From positions 3,135,677-3,199,676 of the forward strand of contig CAWDMI010000002.1 in the NCBI GenBank assembly GCA_963803415.1: a stretch of DNA of 64,000 nt, given 5' to 3'. This DNA comes from an uncultured delta proteobacterium (GTDB taxonomy: Bacteria; Desulfobacterota; Binatia; UBA9968). Made by a program: the position numbers and the translations under genes. Positions within the stretch are counted from its first letter, which is position 1. Each line of letters opens with the position of its first letter. The notes under the pieces are model-generated. The model ran no database searches. It worked only from the letters and a program-made list of their open reading frames with translations, and was not told the DNA's origin. This document shows positions 1 to 9,194 of the stretch, one piece after another.

Positions 1-2111
1 TGCCCGAGCTGTCCGCCGACTCGACCCTGACCAATAACATTGCCTTCTTCCTGCTCATCAATCTCAACATCATTCTCCTTCTGCTGCTCATCTTTCTAGT
101 CGTCCGCAACTTGGTGAAGCTGGCCTTCGAAAGGAAAAGACGCATTTTAGGTTCACGTCTGCGCGTCCGGTTGGTGCTTGCTTTCCTTGGGCTGTCTTTG
201 ATCCCGACTCTGGTTCTGTTTACGATCGCAGGCGGGCTCGTCACGCGCTCCTTTGACCGCTGGTTTGATGTCCAAATTGAAAACGCGCTTCAGGGGTCGC
301 TCGAAATCGGCGAGACCTATTACCTCAACTCGGCGAACAACGCGCTTTTTTACGCTCGCCAGCTCAGCCAGCGTATTACCGGAGAGGGGCTCTATGACCC
401 GCGACGGCTCGATGATCTCAAGGCTTTTATTCAAGCAAAACAACGCGAATATAACCTCGGAACCGTGGAAGTTTTTGCCCCCAGCCGGGAACTTGTGGTG
501 GTCGCGTTCAACGATCAGGTGCCGACGGGAGTCACGATCAAGCCGGAATCGGATTTTCTCAAGAGGATTCTGCGCGGACTGGAAGTGACCCGGACGCAGG
601 CCTTCGGCGAAGCCGACATTATTCGCGGGGGCGTCCCGATTTACAGCGCGGATCGCAAGATTCTGGGAGTCGTCGTAGTCGACTATTTTGTTCCCAAAAG
701 CATCAGCAAGCGCGCGCTCCAGATCTCGCGCTCTTATGAGGAACATAAGCACCTCGAGTTTCTCCAGAAGCCGGTCAAGAACAGTTATATCCTGACCTTG
801 CTGCTGATTACGTTAGTTATTATTTTTTCCGCCACCTGGTTTGGAATTTATCTTGCCAAGGGAATTACCGTACCGATTCAGAAGCTCGCCGAAGGAACTC
901 ATGAAGTGGCGCATGGAAATTGGGATTATCGCATCGCCGACACCGGCGACGATGAAATTGGCATGCTGGTGGAATCCTTTAACCAGATGACCCGTGACCT
1001 CAAACGGATCCATTCGGAACTGGAACAGGGCAAACATTACATGGAAACACTGTTGGCCAATATCACTGCCGGCGTGTTGTCCGTCGATCCTTCAGGCGTC
1101 GTGACGACCCTGAACAAAGCCGCGATGCAGATGCTCGGACTCGGCGCGGATGCGGCACCCGGAAAGGGTTATGCGGAGGTCTTTGGACCCGGCCGTCTCC
1201 AGCCGATGCGGGATCTCATGGATGAAGTCAAGCAACAGGGAAGCATTGAACGTGAGATCCGGCTTCCGCTTGCGGAGGAAATCCATACCCTGATGGCTAC
1301 CGCTGCCACCTTGAAGGACGACGAAGGCAAGATGCTCGGAACCATGGTGTTTCTGGAGGATATTACCCAGATTCAGAAAGTCCAGCGAATGGAGGCGTGG
1401 AGAGAGGTCGCGCGGCGGATTGCGCACGAAATCAAGAATCCGCTCACGCCGATCCAGCTTTCGGCCCAACGGCTGCGAAAGCGGTACGCGAAGCAGTTCG
1501 AGGGAGACGGAGACGTGCTAGAAAAGTGCACCTCAACCATCATTAAGGAAGTGGAAGGCCTGAAAAAGCTGGTCAACGAGTTTGCCAATTTTGCTCGCCT
1601 TCCCGCAGCGAAGATGGTTCCGAGCAACCTGAGTCAGATTGCCAGCGAGGCTTTGTTTCTTTTCAAGGAAGCACACAAGGGCATCGACTTTCGCTTCACC
1701 TCTGGCCATGACCTGCCGTCTCTGGAACTGGATCGTCAGCAAATCCGCCGCACTCTCATTAACCTGCTCGATAATGCGGTGGCGGCGGTGGGGAAGAGTG
1801 GCGAGATTTCCATTGTGATTAATTATGATCCTTCGGCGGGAGCGGTGCAGCTTGAAATCTCCGATAACGGGTGTGGAATCGACCCGGAGGTGCGGGAAAG
1901 AATCTTTGAGCCTTACTTCTCGACCAAGAAAGACGGGACCGGGCTCGGTCTGGCGATCGTCAACGCCATTGTGACGGACCATCACGGTTACATCCGCGTG
2001 CACCCCAATGAGCCCAGAGGGACCCGCTTCACGATTGAGTTTCCGGTTCGCGGCGGCCCAGTGGCGATCATTGAGCTTCAGGAAGAAGAAAAAGAGGCCC
2101 GCGATGCCTAA
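1..2111 (+). CDS. ntrY: NtrY-like sensor histidine kinase (TM-HAMP-PAS-HisKA-HATPase); 5' end runs off the window
   Basis: The frame is open from nt 3 to the stop at 2109-2111. The ORF track starts at TTG 111, but the upstream in-frame codons encode a hydrophobic TM-like stretch (FFLLINLNIILLLLLIFLVV). HAMP-like segment ITVPIQKLAEG...FNQMTRDLK. H-box RRIAHEIKNPLTPIQLSAQRL is typical of NtrY. ATP-binding boxes DNGCGI and GTGLGLAIV. Confidence 0.8.
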   Translation, partial: PELSADSTLTNNIAFFLLINLNIILLLLLIFLVVRNLVKLAFERKRRILGSRLRVRLVLAFLGLSLIPTLVLFTIAGGLVTRSFDRWFDVQIENALQGSLEIGETYYLNSANNALFYARQLSQRITGEGLYDPRRLDDLKAFIQAKQREYNLGTVEVFAPSRELVVVAFNDQVPTGVTIKPESDFLKRILRGLEVTRTQAFGEADIIRGGVPIYSADRKILGVVVVDYFVPKSISKRALQISRSYEEHKHLEFLQKPVKNSYILTLLLITLVIIFSATWFGIYLAKGITVPIQKLAEGTHEVAHGNWDYRIADTGDDEIGMLVESFNQMTRDLKRIHSELEQGKHYMETLLANITAGVLSVDPSGVVTTLNKAAMQMLGLGADAAPGKGYAEVFGPGRLQPMRDLMDEVKQQGSIEREIRLPLAEEIHTLMATAATLKDDEGKMLGTMVFLEDITQIQKVQRMEAWREVARRIAHEIKNPLTPIQLSAQRLRKRYAKQFEGDGDVLEKCTSTIIKEVEGLKKLVNEFANFARLPAAKMVPSNLSQIASEALFLFKEAHKGIDFRFTSGHDLPSLELDRQQIRRTLINLLDNAVAAVGKSGEISIVINYDPSAGAVQLEISDNGCGIDPEVRERIFEPYFSTKKDGTGLGLAIVNAIVTDHHGYIRVHPNEPRGTRFTIEFPVRGGPVAIIELQEEEKEARDA

Positions 2112-2165
2112 GATGCGGGGGATCCTCGGATTACGCACGGGACAAAAAAAGGAGAAAAAAAATCG

Positions 2166-3461
2166 ATGATTGATGAAAAGACCATCTTGGTGGTGGACGA
2201 CGAAGAGGGAGTGCGCGAATCGGTGCGGGAAATTCTTACGGATGAAGGCTACCGAGTCATCGAGGCGTCAGATGGAAGCAAGGTGCTGGGATTGATCCGC
2301 AAAAATCACCCCGATCTTGTTCTCCTCGACATTTGGATGCCCGAGCTGGACGGTATCGGGCTTCTCAAGGAAATCAAGCAGCGCGAGCCGGTGGTGCCGG
2401 TGATCATGGTTTCAGGTCATGGGAATATCCACACGGCGGTTACCGCCACGAAGATTGGGGCATTTGATTTCCTAGAAAAGCCTTTGTCCCTGGATGGGTT
2501 GCTGACAACCGTGCGCCGCGCTCTTGGCGAATCATCGTCGGCCGACAAAGGAGAAAACGGGGATACCGCTGCCAGGACCTTCTCAAGCGCGACCGCTTTA
2601 CCGAATTCCAAATCGGCCAAGAAGGCGCAGCCCGTGTTGAAACAGAAAACGTTGAAGAAAAGCGTGGTCGTCGCAGGCCAGGGACTCCATTCCGGGCTCA
2701 AGACAGGAATCATCCTCCATCCGCTTCCAGCCAACAGTGGAATCCTCTTCAGTGGCATCTCGGGCGATACCTCAGTGCCGGCACACCTGGATTATGTGTA
2801 TTCCACGGGTTATGCCACTTCACTGCAGGGAAAGGGAATCGTCGTAGGAACCGTCGAGCATTTCCTCGCGGCGCTGCACTCCTACCGAATCTCCAATCTG
2901 CTGGTGAAGATCGAGGGAGAAATCCCGATTTTGGACGGGTCGGCGCTGGAATTTTGCCAGCTCATTGAAGAGGCGGGCATTGAGGAGCAGGAAAGCAACT
3001 GGTCGGAGATTGTCATCGATCAGCGCTACAGCGTTGAGATGGAAGGGGGCGAGTGGATCGCAGTCGAGCCTGGGGAAACGTTCGGCGTGCGCTATATTCT
3101 CAACTATCCGAAACCGGTAGGGAAACAGGAATACACGTACCTCTATTACGGCCCGCAATCATTCAAGAACGAGATCGCTCCCGCCAGGACCTTTGGCTTC
3201 GTGCGTGATATCGAGAAGCTGGAAAAAATGGGGTTGGTCAACGGCGGGCGACTCAGCAATTGCATTCTGATTGACGACGAGAAGATTATCAACACCGACC
3301 TTCGATACGAAGAAGAGCTGGCGCGTCACAAAATCCTGGACATTATCGGTGACTTTTACCTCCTGGGACGCCCGATCCGCGGTCGGGTCACTGCGCACAT
3401 GACCGGCCACAGAGATAACGTCGCGCTGTTGAAAGAAATCAAAAAGCGGATGTCCCTATAA
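2166..3461 (+). CDS. lpxC: Response-regulator receiver domain (NtrX-type) fused to UDP-3-O-acyl-GlcNAc deacetylase LpxC
   Basis: AAGGAG RBS upstream of the ATG, 54 nt after the kinase stop. aa 5-120 form a REC domain (DD at 11-12, phospho-acceptor LVLLD55IWMP, S83, K105; VIMVSGHGNIHTAVTATKIGAFDFLEKP resembles NtrX). A ~40-aa S/A/K-rich linker follows. aa ~160-431 form LpxC (KTLKKSVVVAGQGLHSG, TVEHFLAAL, ARTFGFVRDIE, HKILDIIGD, TGHRDN). Confidence 0.85.
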   Translation: MIDEKTILVVDDEEGVRESVREILTDEGYRVIEASDGSKVLGLIRKNHPDLVLLDIWMPELDGIGLLKEIKQREPVVPVIMVSGHGNIHTAVTATKIGAFDFLEKPLSLDGLLTTVRRALGESSSADKGENGDTAARTFSSATALPNSKSAKKAQPVLKQKTLKKSVVVAGQGLHSGLKTGIILHPLPANSGILFSGISGDTSVPAHLDYVYSTGYATSLQGKGIVVGTVEHFLAALHSYRISNLLVKIEGEIPILDGSALEFCQLIEEAGIEEQESNWSEIVIDQRYSVEMEGGEWIAVEPGETFGVRYILNYPKPVGKQEYTYLYYGPQSFKNEIAPARTFGFVRDIEKLEKMGLVNGGRLSNCILIDDEKIINTDLRYEEELARHKILDIIGDFYLLGRPIRGRVTAHMTGHRDNVALLKEIKKRMSL

Positions 3462-3488
3462 CATCTCCGGGTCAAAGCTGACGGAGCC

Positions 3489-3938
3489 ATGGCGACGCCG
3501 AAGATCTATCCGCGCCTCTTTACGGTGGAGGAAGCGAATGAGTTGCTGCCCGTTTTGAAGCCGGTGATGGAACGGGTTTCGCAGCGCATCGAGCTGCTCC
3601 GCGGGCGCAGTCGCAACGCCATTCGCCGCGACGAATTAGACCCGGAGAGCGGAGATTTCATGCACAAACTTCAGCGCGACGAGGGGGTTGCGCAAGCTAT
3701 CAAAGAGCTCCAAGAATTGGTGCAGGAGATCCATGATCTGGGCTGCATTTGCAAAGGGGTGGAGGAAGGCCTGGTCGACTTTCCTTGCTTCCTTGGGGAA
3801 GAAATCGTTTATCTCTGCTGGCGTTATGGAGAGGAATCGGTCTCTCATTGGCACCGGGTTGAAGATGGTTTTGCCGGGCGCAGGCCTCTGCTCGATTCCA
3901 GCGACAGCGAGGCCGGAGGCGGCCGCTCCTACCATTGA
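3489..3938 (+). CDS. DUF2203-like protein
   Basis: 149-aa ORF 27 nt after the lpxC fusion. The N-terminus RLFTVEEANELLPVLKPVMERV and the C-terminal GVEEGLVDFPC...YLCWRYGE...WH pattern match what I recall of DUF2203. Confidence 0.55.
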   Translation: MATPKIYPRLFTVEEANELLPVLKPVMERVSQRIELLRGRSRNAIRRDELDPESGDFMHKLQRDEGVAQAIKELQELVQEIHDLGCICKGVEEGLVDFPCFLGEEIVYLCWRYGEESVSHWHRVEDGFAGRRPLLDSSDSEAGGGRSYH

Positions 3939-4105
3939 GATTCGTGCCACGTTAGAGGCTCCTGCTCTCGCGAAAATTAGAGTCGATCAGGCTCCTTGTT
4001 GGATGGCCCGAAACCGAGGCGCTCGAAGGCCAGTGGGCTACCAGTCTCGAGAAGACTCTTAATCGGCCCTGATAGATGTGACCGTCGATCTTCGGTGAGC
4101 CCACA

Positions 4106-4462
4106 TCACACAGGATGCGGATGATGATTAGGGTATTCAGGCGCGGAAGGGTCTCTCATCCTTATTCGCGCATTTTCCGTTTCGAGTTGGTCGACTCGTT
4201 GCTCGAGATCCGCTACCGTTCGTCTCGCTTTGTTAACCGCGGGATCTTTTCCGTAGATGGTCAGTTTTGAAGAAACGGCCCTGGCCATGTAGAGAATATA
4301 CGCCATGAGGAGCCCAACGAGCACCGAACCCAGAATGACTGCATATAACGGAACTGCTTCCACCACATAGTCTGCGAATTGGATGGTGATCGGAGTAATA
4401 TTTTGGGTTGCAAAGTAACCGATCACCAGTCCAAAAAGAACTGTAACAACTAAAACTAACAT
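4106..4462 (-). CDS. LapA-domain (DUF1049) inner-membrane protein with C-terminal coiled coil
   Basis: Internal ATG at 4462 is preceded by GGAGGTAAAAAAT. Two TM helices (MLVLVVTVLFGLVIGYF; VPLYAVILGSVLVGLLMAYILY) flank NITPITIQF, followed by a charged helix (ADLEQRVDQLETENARI). This is the LapA/YciS-like architecture. Confidence 0.6.
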   Translation of the reverse strand: MLVLVVTVLFGLVIGYFATQNITPITIQFADYVVEAVPLYAVILGSVLVGLLMAYILYMARAVSSKLTIYGKDPAVNKARRTVADLEQRVDQLETENARIRMRDPSAPEYPNHHPHPV

Positions 4463-4718
4463 ATTTTTTACCTCCTTACTCTCAATTTGAAGGAGTTGTT
4501 CAGGATAAATCACTACCCTTCCTTGCTAACCGCAATCCAAATGCCATATTGGAAATATAACTAATACGAGGGTTTTTATATTTCAGTGCAGTCAGCAGTG
4601 TAGGGAATTTCGGCCAGCACCTAACCGACCGTGGGAAAGAGAAAAATGCTGTCTATCGGAAGAGGGAAGTTCTTTACGTCTATGACCTTTTCATATGTCC
4701 AATTTGAGATGGGATGAA

Positions 4719-5042
4719 TTAATCTGCGGTTCTTGTTGCTTCGTAGACGATTCCGGCGGACTCACTGATTCTCACTTCATACACGACCCAGTCGCACAAA
4801 CCGCGTAGTCGTGGCGCGAGTCCGTTTATGTAGGTGATAGCTTCCTCCAGGGTATCGGTAGTATTCCAGGTGAGTTCTGACCCGTTGGCGTAGCGGCACA
4901 TAATTCTAAATTCGACCCGCTGCAGGTCTAATTCGGGTTCTGCAAGCATACCTGGCAGTTGTTTAAAGACGAAAAATCCTACGCAAATAGAGGGCCAAGG
5001 CTGAGCCAAATGAAGGCGAAGCAATAATCCTTGAAAGATCAA
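4719..5042 (-). CDS. Hypothetical small protein (start uncertain; internal ATG at 4949 possible)
   Basis: This is the only sizeable ORF in an ~800-bp gap. I recognise no motif and no convincing RBS. Confidence 0.25.
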   Translation of the reverse strand: MIFQGLLLRLHLAQPWPSICVGFFVFKQLPGMLAEPELDLQRVEFRIMCRYANGSELTWNTTDTLEEAITYINGLAPRLRGLCDWVVYEVRISESAGIVYEATRTAD

Positions 5043-5324
5043 CTAAGATCAGATTCAACATGTCTGACAATGATTGAAGAGATGCGTACTGATGTAGGAA
5101 AAAATCGGACCTGTGAAGGAAAAGTAATACAGGCGTTTCACTATTTCCGCAGGGGCACTCGCTGACTTCGTTCCAGGGGTCATCGAGGTATCTCGACTCG
5201 GAACACGGAAGTGCCCGTTGACTTGCCAGCGGGGCTTTGTTATCCGGTCATCAGGGTATCCGCCCAGGCGGGCAAACCAAGTTCGAAATGGCGGTTTATT
5301 CCAAGCGCTTTTAGGAGGTAGACG

Positions 5325-6416
5325 ATGGCCATCGACGGAATGACAGTGATCGATTTGGATAGCCACTTGGTCGGGGATTTGGAAAGCTGGGAGCAGACCA
5401 TCGAGGAGCGCTGGAAACCTTATCTGCCCAGGAAACTTCCGACGAAGGAAAACGAGCGGAAGAAAACCCTGATCGGAAATCAGATTATGATCGGCTCCGA
5501 AGTCGCCCGGCAGAAAGCGGAAAAACACGAATGGTACAAGCCTGAGGATCTGACGCCCCAAGGTCGGGTGCGCAACATGGATCTGGATGGAATCGACGTT
5601 GCGGTTTTGTCGCCGAATTCTCCAGCGCTCGACATCCTCTGGTTCGTCGAGGATCCTGAACTCGCCGCCGCCTACGCGCGAGCGCAGAACGACTACATGA
5701 ATTACTATGCAGCCCAACAACCGGGCCGGTTGATGTGGGCGGGAGTGATCCCCCTGCAAGACCCGCAGGAGGCGATCAGGGAACTCCACCGCTCCAAAGA
5801 GATGGGAAGCAAAGCGCTGAATGTGAAAGCAACCCCGATACCCGGCAAGGAATGGTGGGATCCGTATTTCGATCCCATCTTTAAGGAGCTTCAGAGTTTG
5901 AAGATGCCCATCATTTTTCACGATACCAAGACAGGCTCGATGGGTAGTGATCGCTTCGCCGATAATTTCTTTTTCTCCCACATGGTCGGCAGGACCATCG
6001 AGACGATGGTGTGCTTGATGGTTTATATCTGTGGCGGTGTGTTGGAAAAGTTCCCGGACTTGAAGATCATTTGTCTGGAAACCGGCGCATCGCAGATGCC
6101 CTGGTGGCTTTCGCGCATGGACGAGCACTGGGAGAAACTGCCGCATCTGGTGCCGTGGCTGAAGCGCCGCCCAACCGACATTTTCAATCAGAGCGTTTGG
6201 GTCGGCTGCGAGCCGTTCGAGGACGGTCTGTTCGAATGGGCGGTGGAGTATCTAGGCGGCGATCGGCTGGTGCTGGCGACCGACTCGCCCCATTGGGATT
6301 CTTCGCAGCCTGGTCAGGTCACCGGCCCAGTTGCGAAAAGCACAAAAATTTCACGCGAGAACAAGCGCAAAGTTCTGGGCGAAAACGCCATCGAGCTGCT
6401 TAGCCTGGGGCTTTAA
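5325..6416 (+). CDS. Amidohydrolase family 2 (PF04909, ACMSD/LigW-like metal-dependent hydrolase/decarboxylase)
   Basis: GGAGG RBS. N-terminal VIDLDSHLV and C-terminal VLATDSPHWD motifs. Length 363 aa. Confidence 0.85.
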   Translation: MAIDGMTVIDLDSHLVGDLESWEQTIEERWKPYLPRKLPTKENERKKTLIGNQIMIGSEVARQKAEKHEWYKPEDLTPQGRVRNMDLDGIDVAVLSPNSPALDILWFVEDPELAAAYARAQNDYMNYYAAQQPGRLMWAGVIPLQDPQEAIRELHRSKEMGSKALNVKATPIPGKEWWDPYFDPIFKELQSLKMPIIFHDTKTGSMGSDRFADNFFFSHMVGRTIETMVCLMVYICGGVLEKFPDLKIICLETGASQMPWWLSRMDEHWEKLPHLVPWLKRRPTDIFNQSVWVGCEPFEDGLFEWAVEYLGGDRLVLATDSPHWDSSQPGQVTGPVAKSTKISRENKRKVLGENAIELLSLGL

Positions 6417-6452
6417 CTGTCCGGCCTGGCACGAGCACAAGGAGGCGCACAC

Positions 6453-7625
6453 GTGGCACGGAGGTATCGAAATATCTCGGCGGATTCCCATTTGGAAGTG
6501 GGGCCCGACCGCTGGCGGGATCGGGTGCCGGCGCAGTACCGTGACCGCGCGCCGCGGGTGATCCGGCTCCCCAACGGGGGTGACGCCATCCTGGCCGAGA
6601 ACAGGCCGCTGTTCAAGTTGTGGGCGCACAATGCGGGGATTCCGTGGGAAGAGTGGGGCCACGACAATGCCAATCGCTACGAGGGTGCAGTCGGTGGGGG
6701 TACGCCCGCCGAGCGGCTACGCGAGCTGGACACCGACGGCATCGACGCCGAGGTGCTGTTCCCGGGCGTGAGCGGGCTTGAATTCCTGAGCGGCATTGTC
6801 GACAACGACGCCCACTGCGCCGTCTTGGCCGCCTATAATGAGTTTGTCGCCGAGGAATACATGGGCGCCGACCCGGACCGCTTTATCCCCGTCGGTGTTC
6901 TCCCAAAGCGTGGGGTGGACGCAGCTATCGCGGAGATGGAGCATTGCGCGAGGCTCGGTCTCAAGGCAATCACCCTCAGCGCCTATCCCAACGGCAGTCT
7001 TTCGGTCAAGCCGGAGGATGATCGTTTCTGGGCTGCTGCCCTCGACATCGATATGCCGGTTACCGTGCACACGATGTTCTCCGGCATGCGGGACGGCCCA
7101 CAGCGAGCGCGCGGGCTTGATCTGGCACGCCGGATCTCCACCTACGGCACTAAGGGCGCTCCCATCGCGGCCGCGCTTGCAATCCACGGGGTCTTTGACC
7201 GATTTCCGAAGCTGCAGATCTTTTTCGCCGAAAATCAGATCGGCTGGATTCCGAACTACCTGGAGCAGGCGGACCTGATCTGGGAGCGGCATCGTTTTTA
7301 CCACGAGCGAGCCCAGGGTCTAAAGCCCCTGGAGCGCAAGCCGAGCGCAATTATCAAGGAGCACTGTCTCTGGGGGTTCATGGACAACCCGGTCGGGGTC
7401 CAGCTCCGCCACCACATCGGTGTCGACAAAGTTATGTGGTCGACCGATTTTCCGCACGACCCGTCGGACTGGCCGAAGACAAGGGCAACTATCGAGCGCA
7501 ACTTTGCGGGCGTGCCGGAGAACGAGAAGTACCTCATGCTGGCGGGCAACGCCATCCGCTTCTTCAAGCTCGACGCGATTCTCCCGCCGGGGAAAGATTT
7601 TAGGGGGACGAGCATAGCCCGTTGA
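6453..7625 (+). CDS. Amidohydrolase family 2 (PF04909)
   Basis: GTG start with AAGGAGG 7 nt upstream. Motifs ISADSHLEV and VMWSTDFPHDPSDWP. Confidence 0.85.
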   Translation: MARRYRNISADSHLEVGPDRWRDRVPAQYRDRAPRVIRLPNGGDAILAENRPLFKLWAHNAGIPWEEWGHDNANRYEGAVGGGTPAERLRELDTDGIDAEVLFPGVSGLEFLSGIVDNDAHCAVLAAYNEFVAEEYMGADPDRFIPVGVLPKRGVDAAIAEMEHCARLGLKAITLSAYPNGSLSVKPEDDRFWAAALDIDMPVTVHTMFSGMRDGPQRARGLDLARRISTYGTKGAPIAAALAIHGVFDRFPKLQIFFAENQIGWIPNYLEQADLIWERHRFYHERAQGLKPLERKPSAIIKEHCLWGFMDNPVGVQLRHHIGVDKVMWSTDFPHDPSDWPKTRATIERNFAGVPENEKYLMLAGNAIRFFKLDAILPPGKDFRGTSIAR

Positions 7626-7740
7626 ATAGCCGTTTTCGCGCTTCGCAACCCACCGAGTTTCAACGAACGGAGCCATCCGTTAGATCGCGACTTTCTCGCT
7701 TTGTCCGGGGCGCATCGGAACCGGCTGCCCCCGTCTTGTC

Positions 7741-8616
7741 ATGAAGGCGCCAGCACTGACCTATGGACGCCACCCGCGCGAGTTGGGGCAAAACAGCTAC
7801 GTCTATGCCGTGTTAAGCCGGCGCTCTTGCGGCGTTTCGATCGGGATCAACCTGAACCCCGACAAAGTCTGCAACTTCGATTGCGTCTACTGTCAAGTCG
7901 ATCGAAGCATACCCGGGAAAGGCCGGCGGGTCGATCTCAAGGTACTAGAACGGGAACTCACCGAAATTCTGCTGAAGGCGAAGGACGGTAGCCTCTTTGC
8001 GCACCCGCCTTTTGCGGCCGTTCCCAAACAGCTACGAAAGGTTGTGGATATCGCCTTTAGCGGCGACGGCGAGCCCACGACGTGCCCGCAATTTAAGGAG
8101 GCGGTGGAGCTGGCGATTCATGCGAAGAGGGAAGCAGGACTGGGGAGGTTAAAAATTGTCATTATTACCAATGGCAGCACGTTCGGGCGGGCAAAGACGA
8201 AAAAGGCGTTTTCCCTATTGGACCGGCACAACGGGGAGATCTGGACCAAACTCGATGCGGGCACCGAATCTTACTTCGAGCGGGTGGACGTTACAACGAT
8301 TCCGTTTAAGCGCATCTTGGCAAATTTACTCGATGCCGCGCGGCTTCGGCCCATCGTGATCCAGAGTCTGTTCATGCGACTTCACGGGGCTGCACCGAAC
8401 GAGCGCGAGATTGCAGCCTACTGCGATCGTCTGCGGGACATCACGATGATGGGCGGGAAGATCAAGCTGGTTCAGGTGTATACCATAGCGCGGCCGCCGG
8501 CCCAGCCCTATGTCAGCGCGCTATCGGATGAAGAAGTCGATGCGATCGCTGCAAAAGTGCGCGAGATTCCGCTTCCCGTAGAGGCATTCTATAGTGGCCA
8601 GGAAGAGAAAGCATAG
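7741..8616 (+). CDS. Radical SAM protein
   Basis: CNFDCVYCQ (CxxxCxxC cluster motif) near the N-terminus. AFSGDGEPT SAM-binding-like motif. Confidence 0.75.
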   Translation: MKAPALTYGRHPRELGQNSYVYAVLSRRSCGVSIGINLNPDKVCNFDCVYCQVDRSIPGKGRRVDLKVLERELTEILLKAKDGSLFAHPPFAAVPKQLRKVVDIAFSGDGEPTTCPQFKEAVELAIHAKREAGLGRLKIVIITNGSTFGRAKTKKAFSLLDRHNGEIWTKLDAGTESYFERVDVTTIPFKRILANLLDAARLRPIVIQSLFMRLHGAAPNEREIAAYCDRLRDITMMGGKIKLVQVYTIARPPAQPYVSALSDEEVDAIAAKVREIPLPVEAFYSGQEEKA

Positions 8617-8658
8617 GCTTTCGTGTTCTTGGATTCGTGTGGCCGCTAACTGTGCCCG

Positions 8659-9126
8659 CTACTTCTGCAAGAACTGCAAAACTTCCTGTGGATGGGCTTC
8701 CGCGTTTTGCACCGGGGACCAATGACGTAGAATTTTGCCGTCGGGTCCGATCACGACCGTCGAGCGAATTACTCCTTCTACGGTCTTTCCTTCCGCGTTT
8801 TTCCGCTCTCCCCACGCGCCATAACTCCTCATGACGTCGGCTTGCGGGTCCGATAGGAGCGTAAAGGGCAATTGGTATTTGTCGGTGAACTGGCGATGCG
8901 ATTCAAGGTTGTCCCTGCTCACGCCCAAAACGACCGCCTTCGACGCCGTTACCGATTGAATCGAATCCCGGAACCCGCACGCTTCTTTGGTACATCCGGG
9001 AGTGTCGTCTTTGGGATAAAAATAGAGCACAACTGTTTTTCCGCGGTAATCTGTCAGGGAGTGTCTTTTCCCGTCGCTGCCGTCCAAATCAAAAGACGGG
9101 GCGATTTGTCCTTCAAGAGTGCTCAT
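8659..9126 (-). CDS. bcp: Thioredoxin-dependent thiol peroxidase (peroxiredoxin Bcp)
   Basis: FYPKDDTPGCTKEACGFRD active-site motif. 155 aa. Full-length AhpC/TSA pattern. Confidence 0.9.
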   Translation of the reverse strand: MSTLEGQIAPSFDLDGSDGKRHSLTDYRGKTVVLYFYPKDDTPGCTKEACGFRDSIQSVTASKAVVLGVSRDNLESHRQFTDKYQLPFTLLSDPQADVMRSYGAWGERKNAEGKTVEGVIRSTVVIGPDGKILRHWSPVQNAEAHPQEVLQFLQK

Positions 9127-9194
9127 CGTTGTACCTCCGTAAATTTTGTTTCCGTTTTTCTATCATCCTGAAATGGCCATATCAATACATGCTG

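Noticed and set aside
5055-6146. 363-aa ORF on the minus strand
   Set aside because: It is fully antisense to the well-supported amidohydrolase gene (5325-6416). Its R/P/G/H-rich composition is typical of antisense frames in GC-rich DNA. I recognise no motif.
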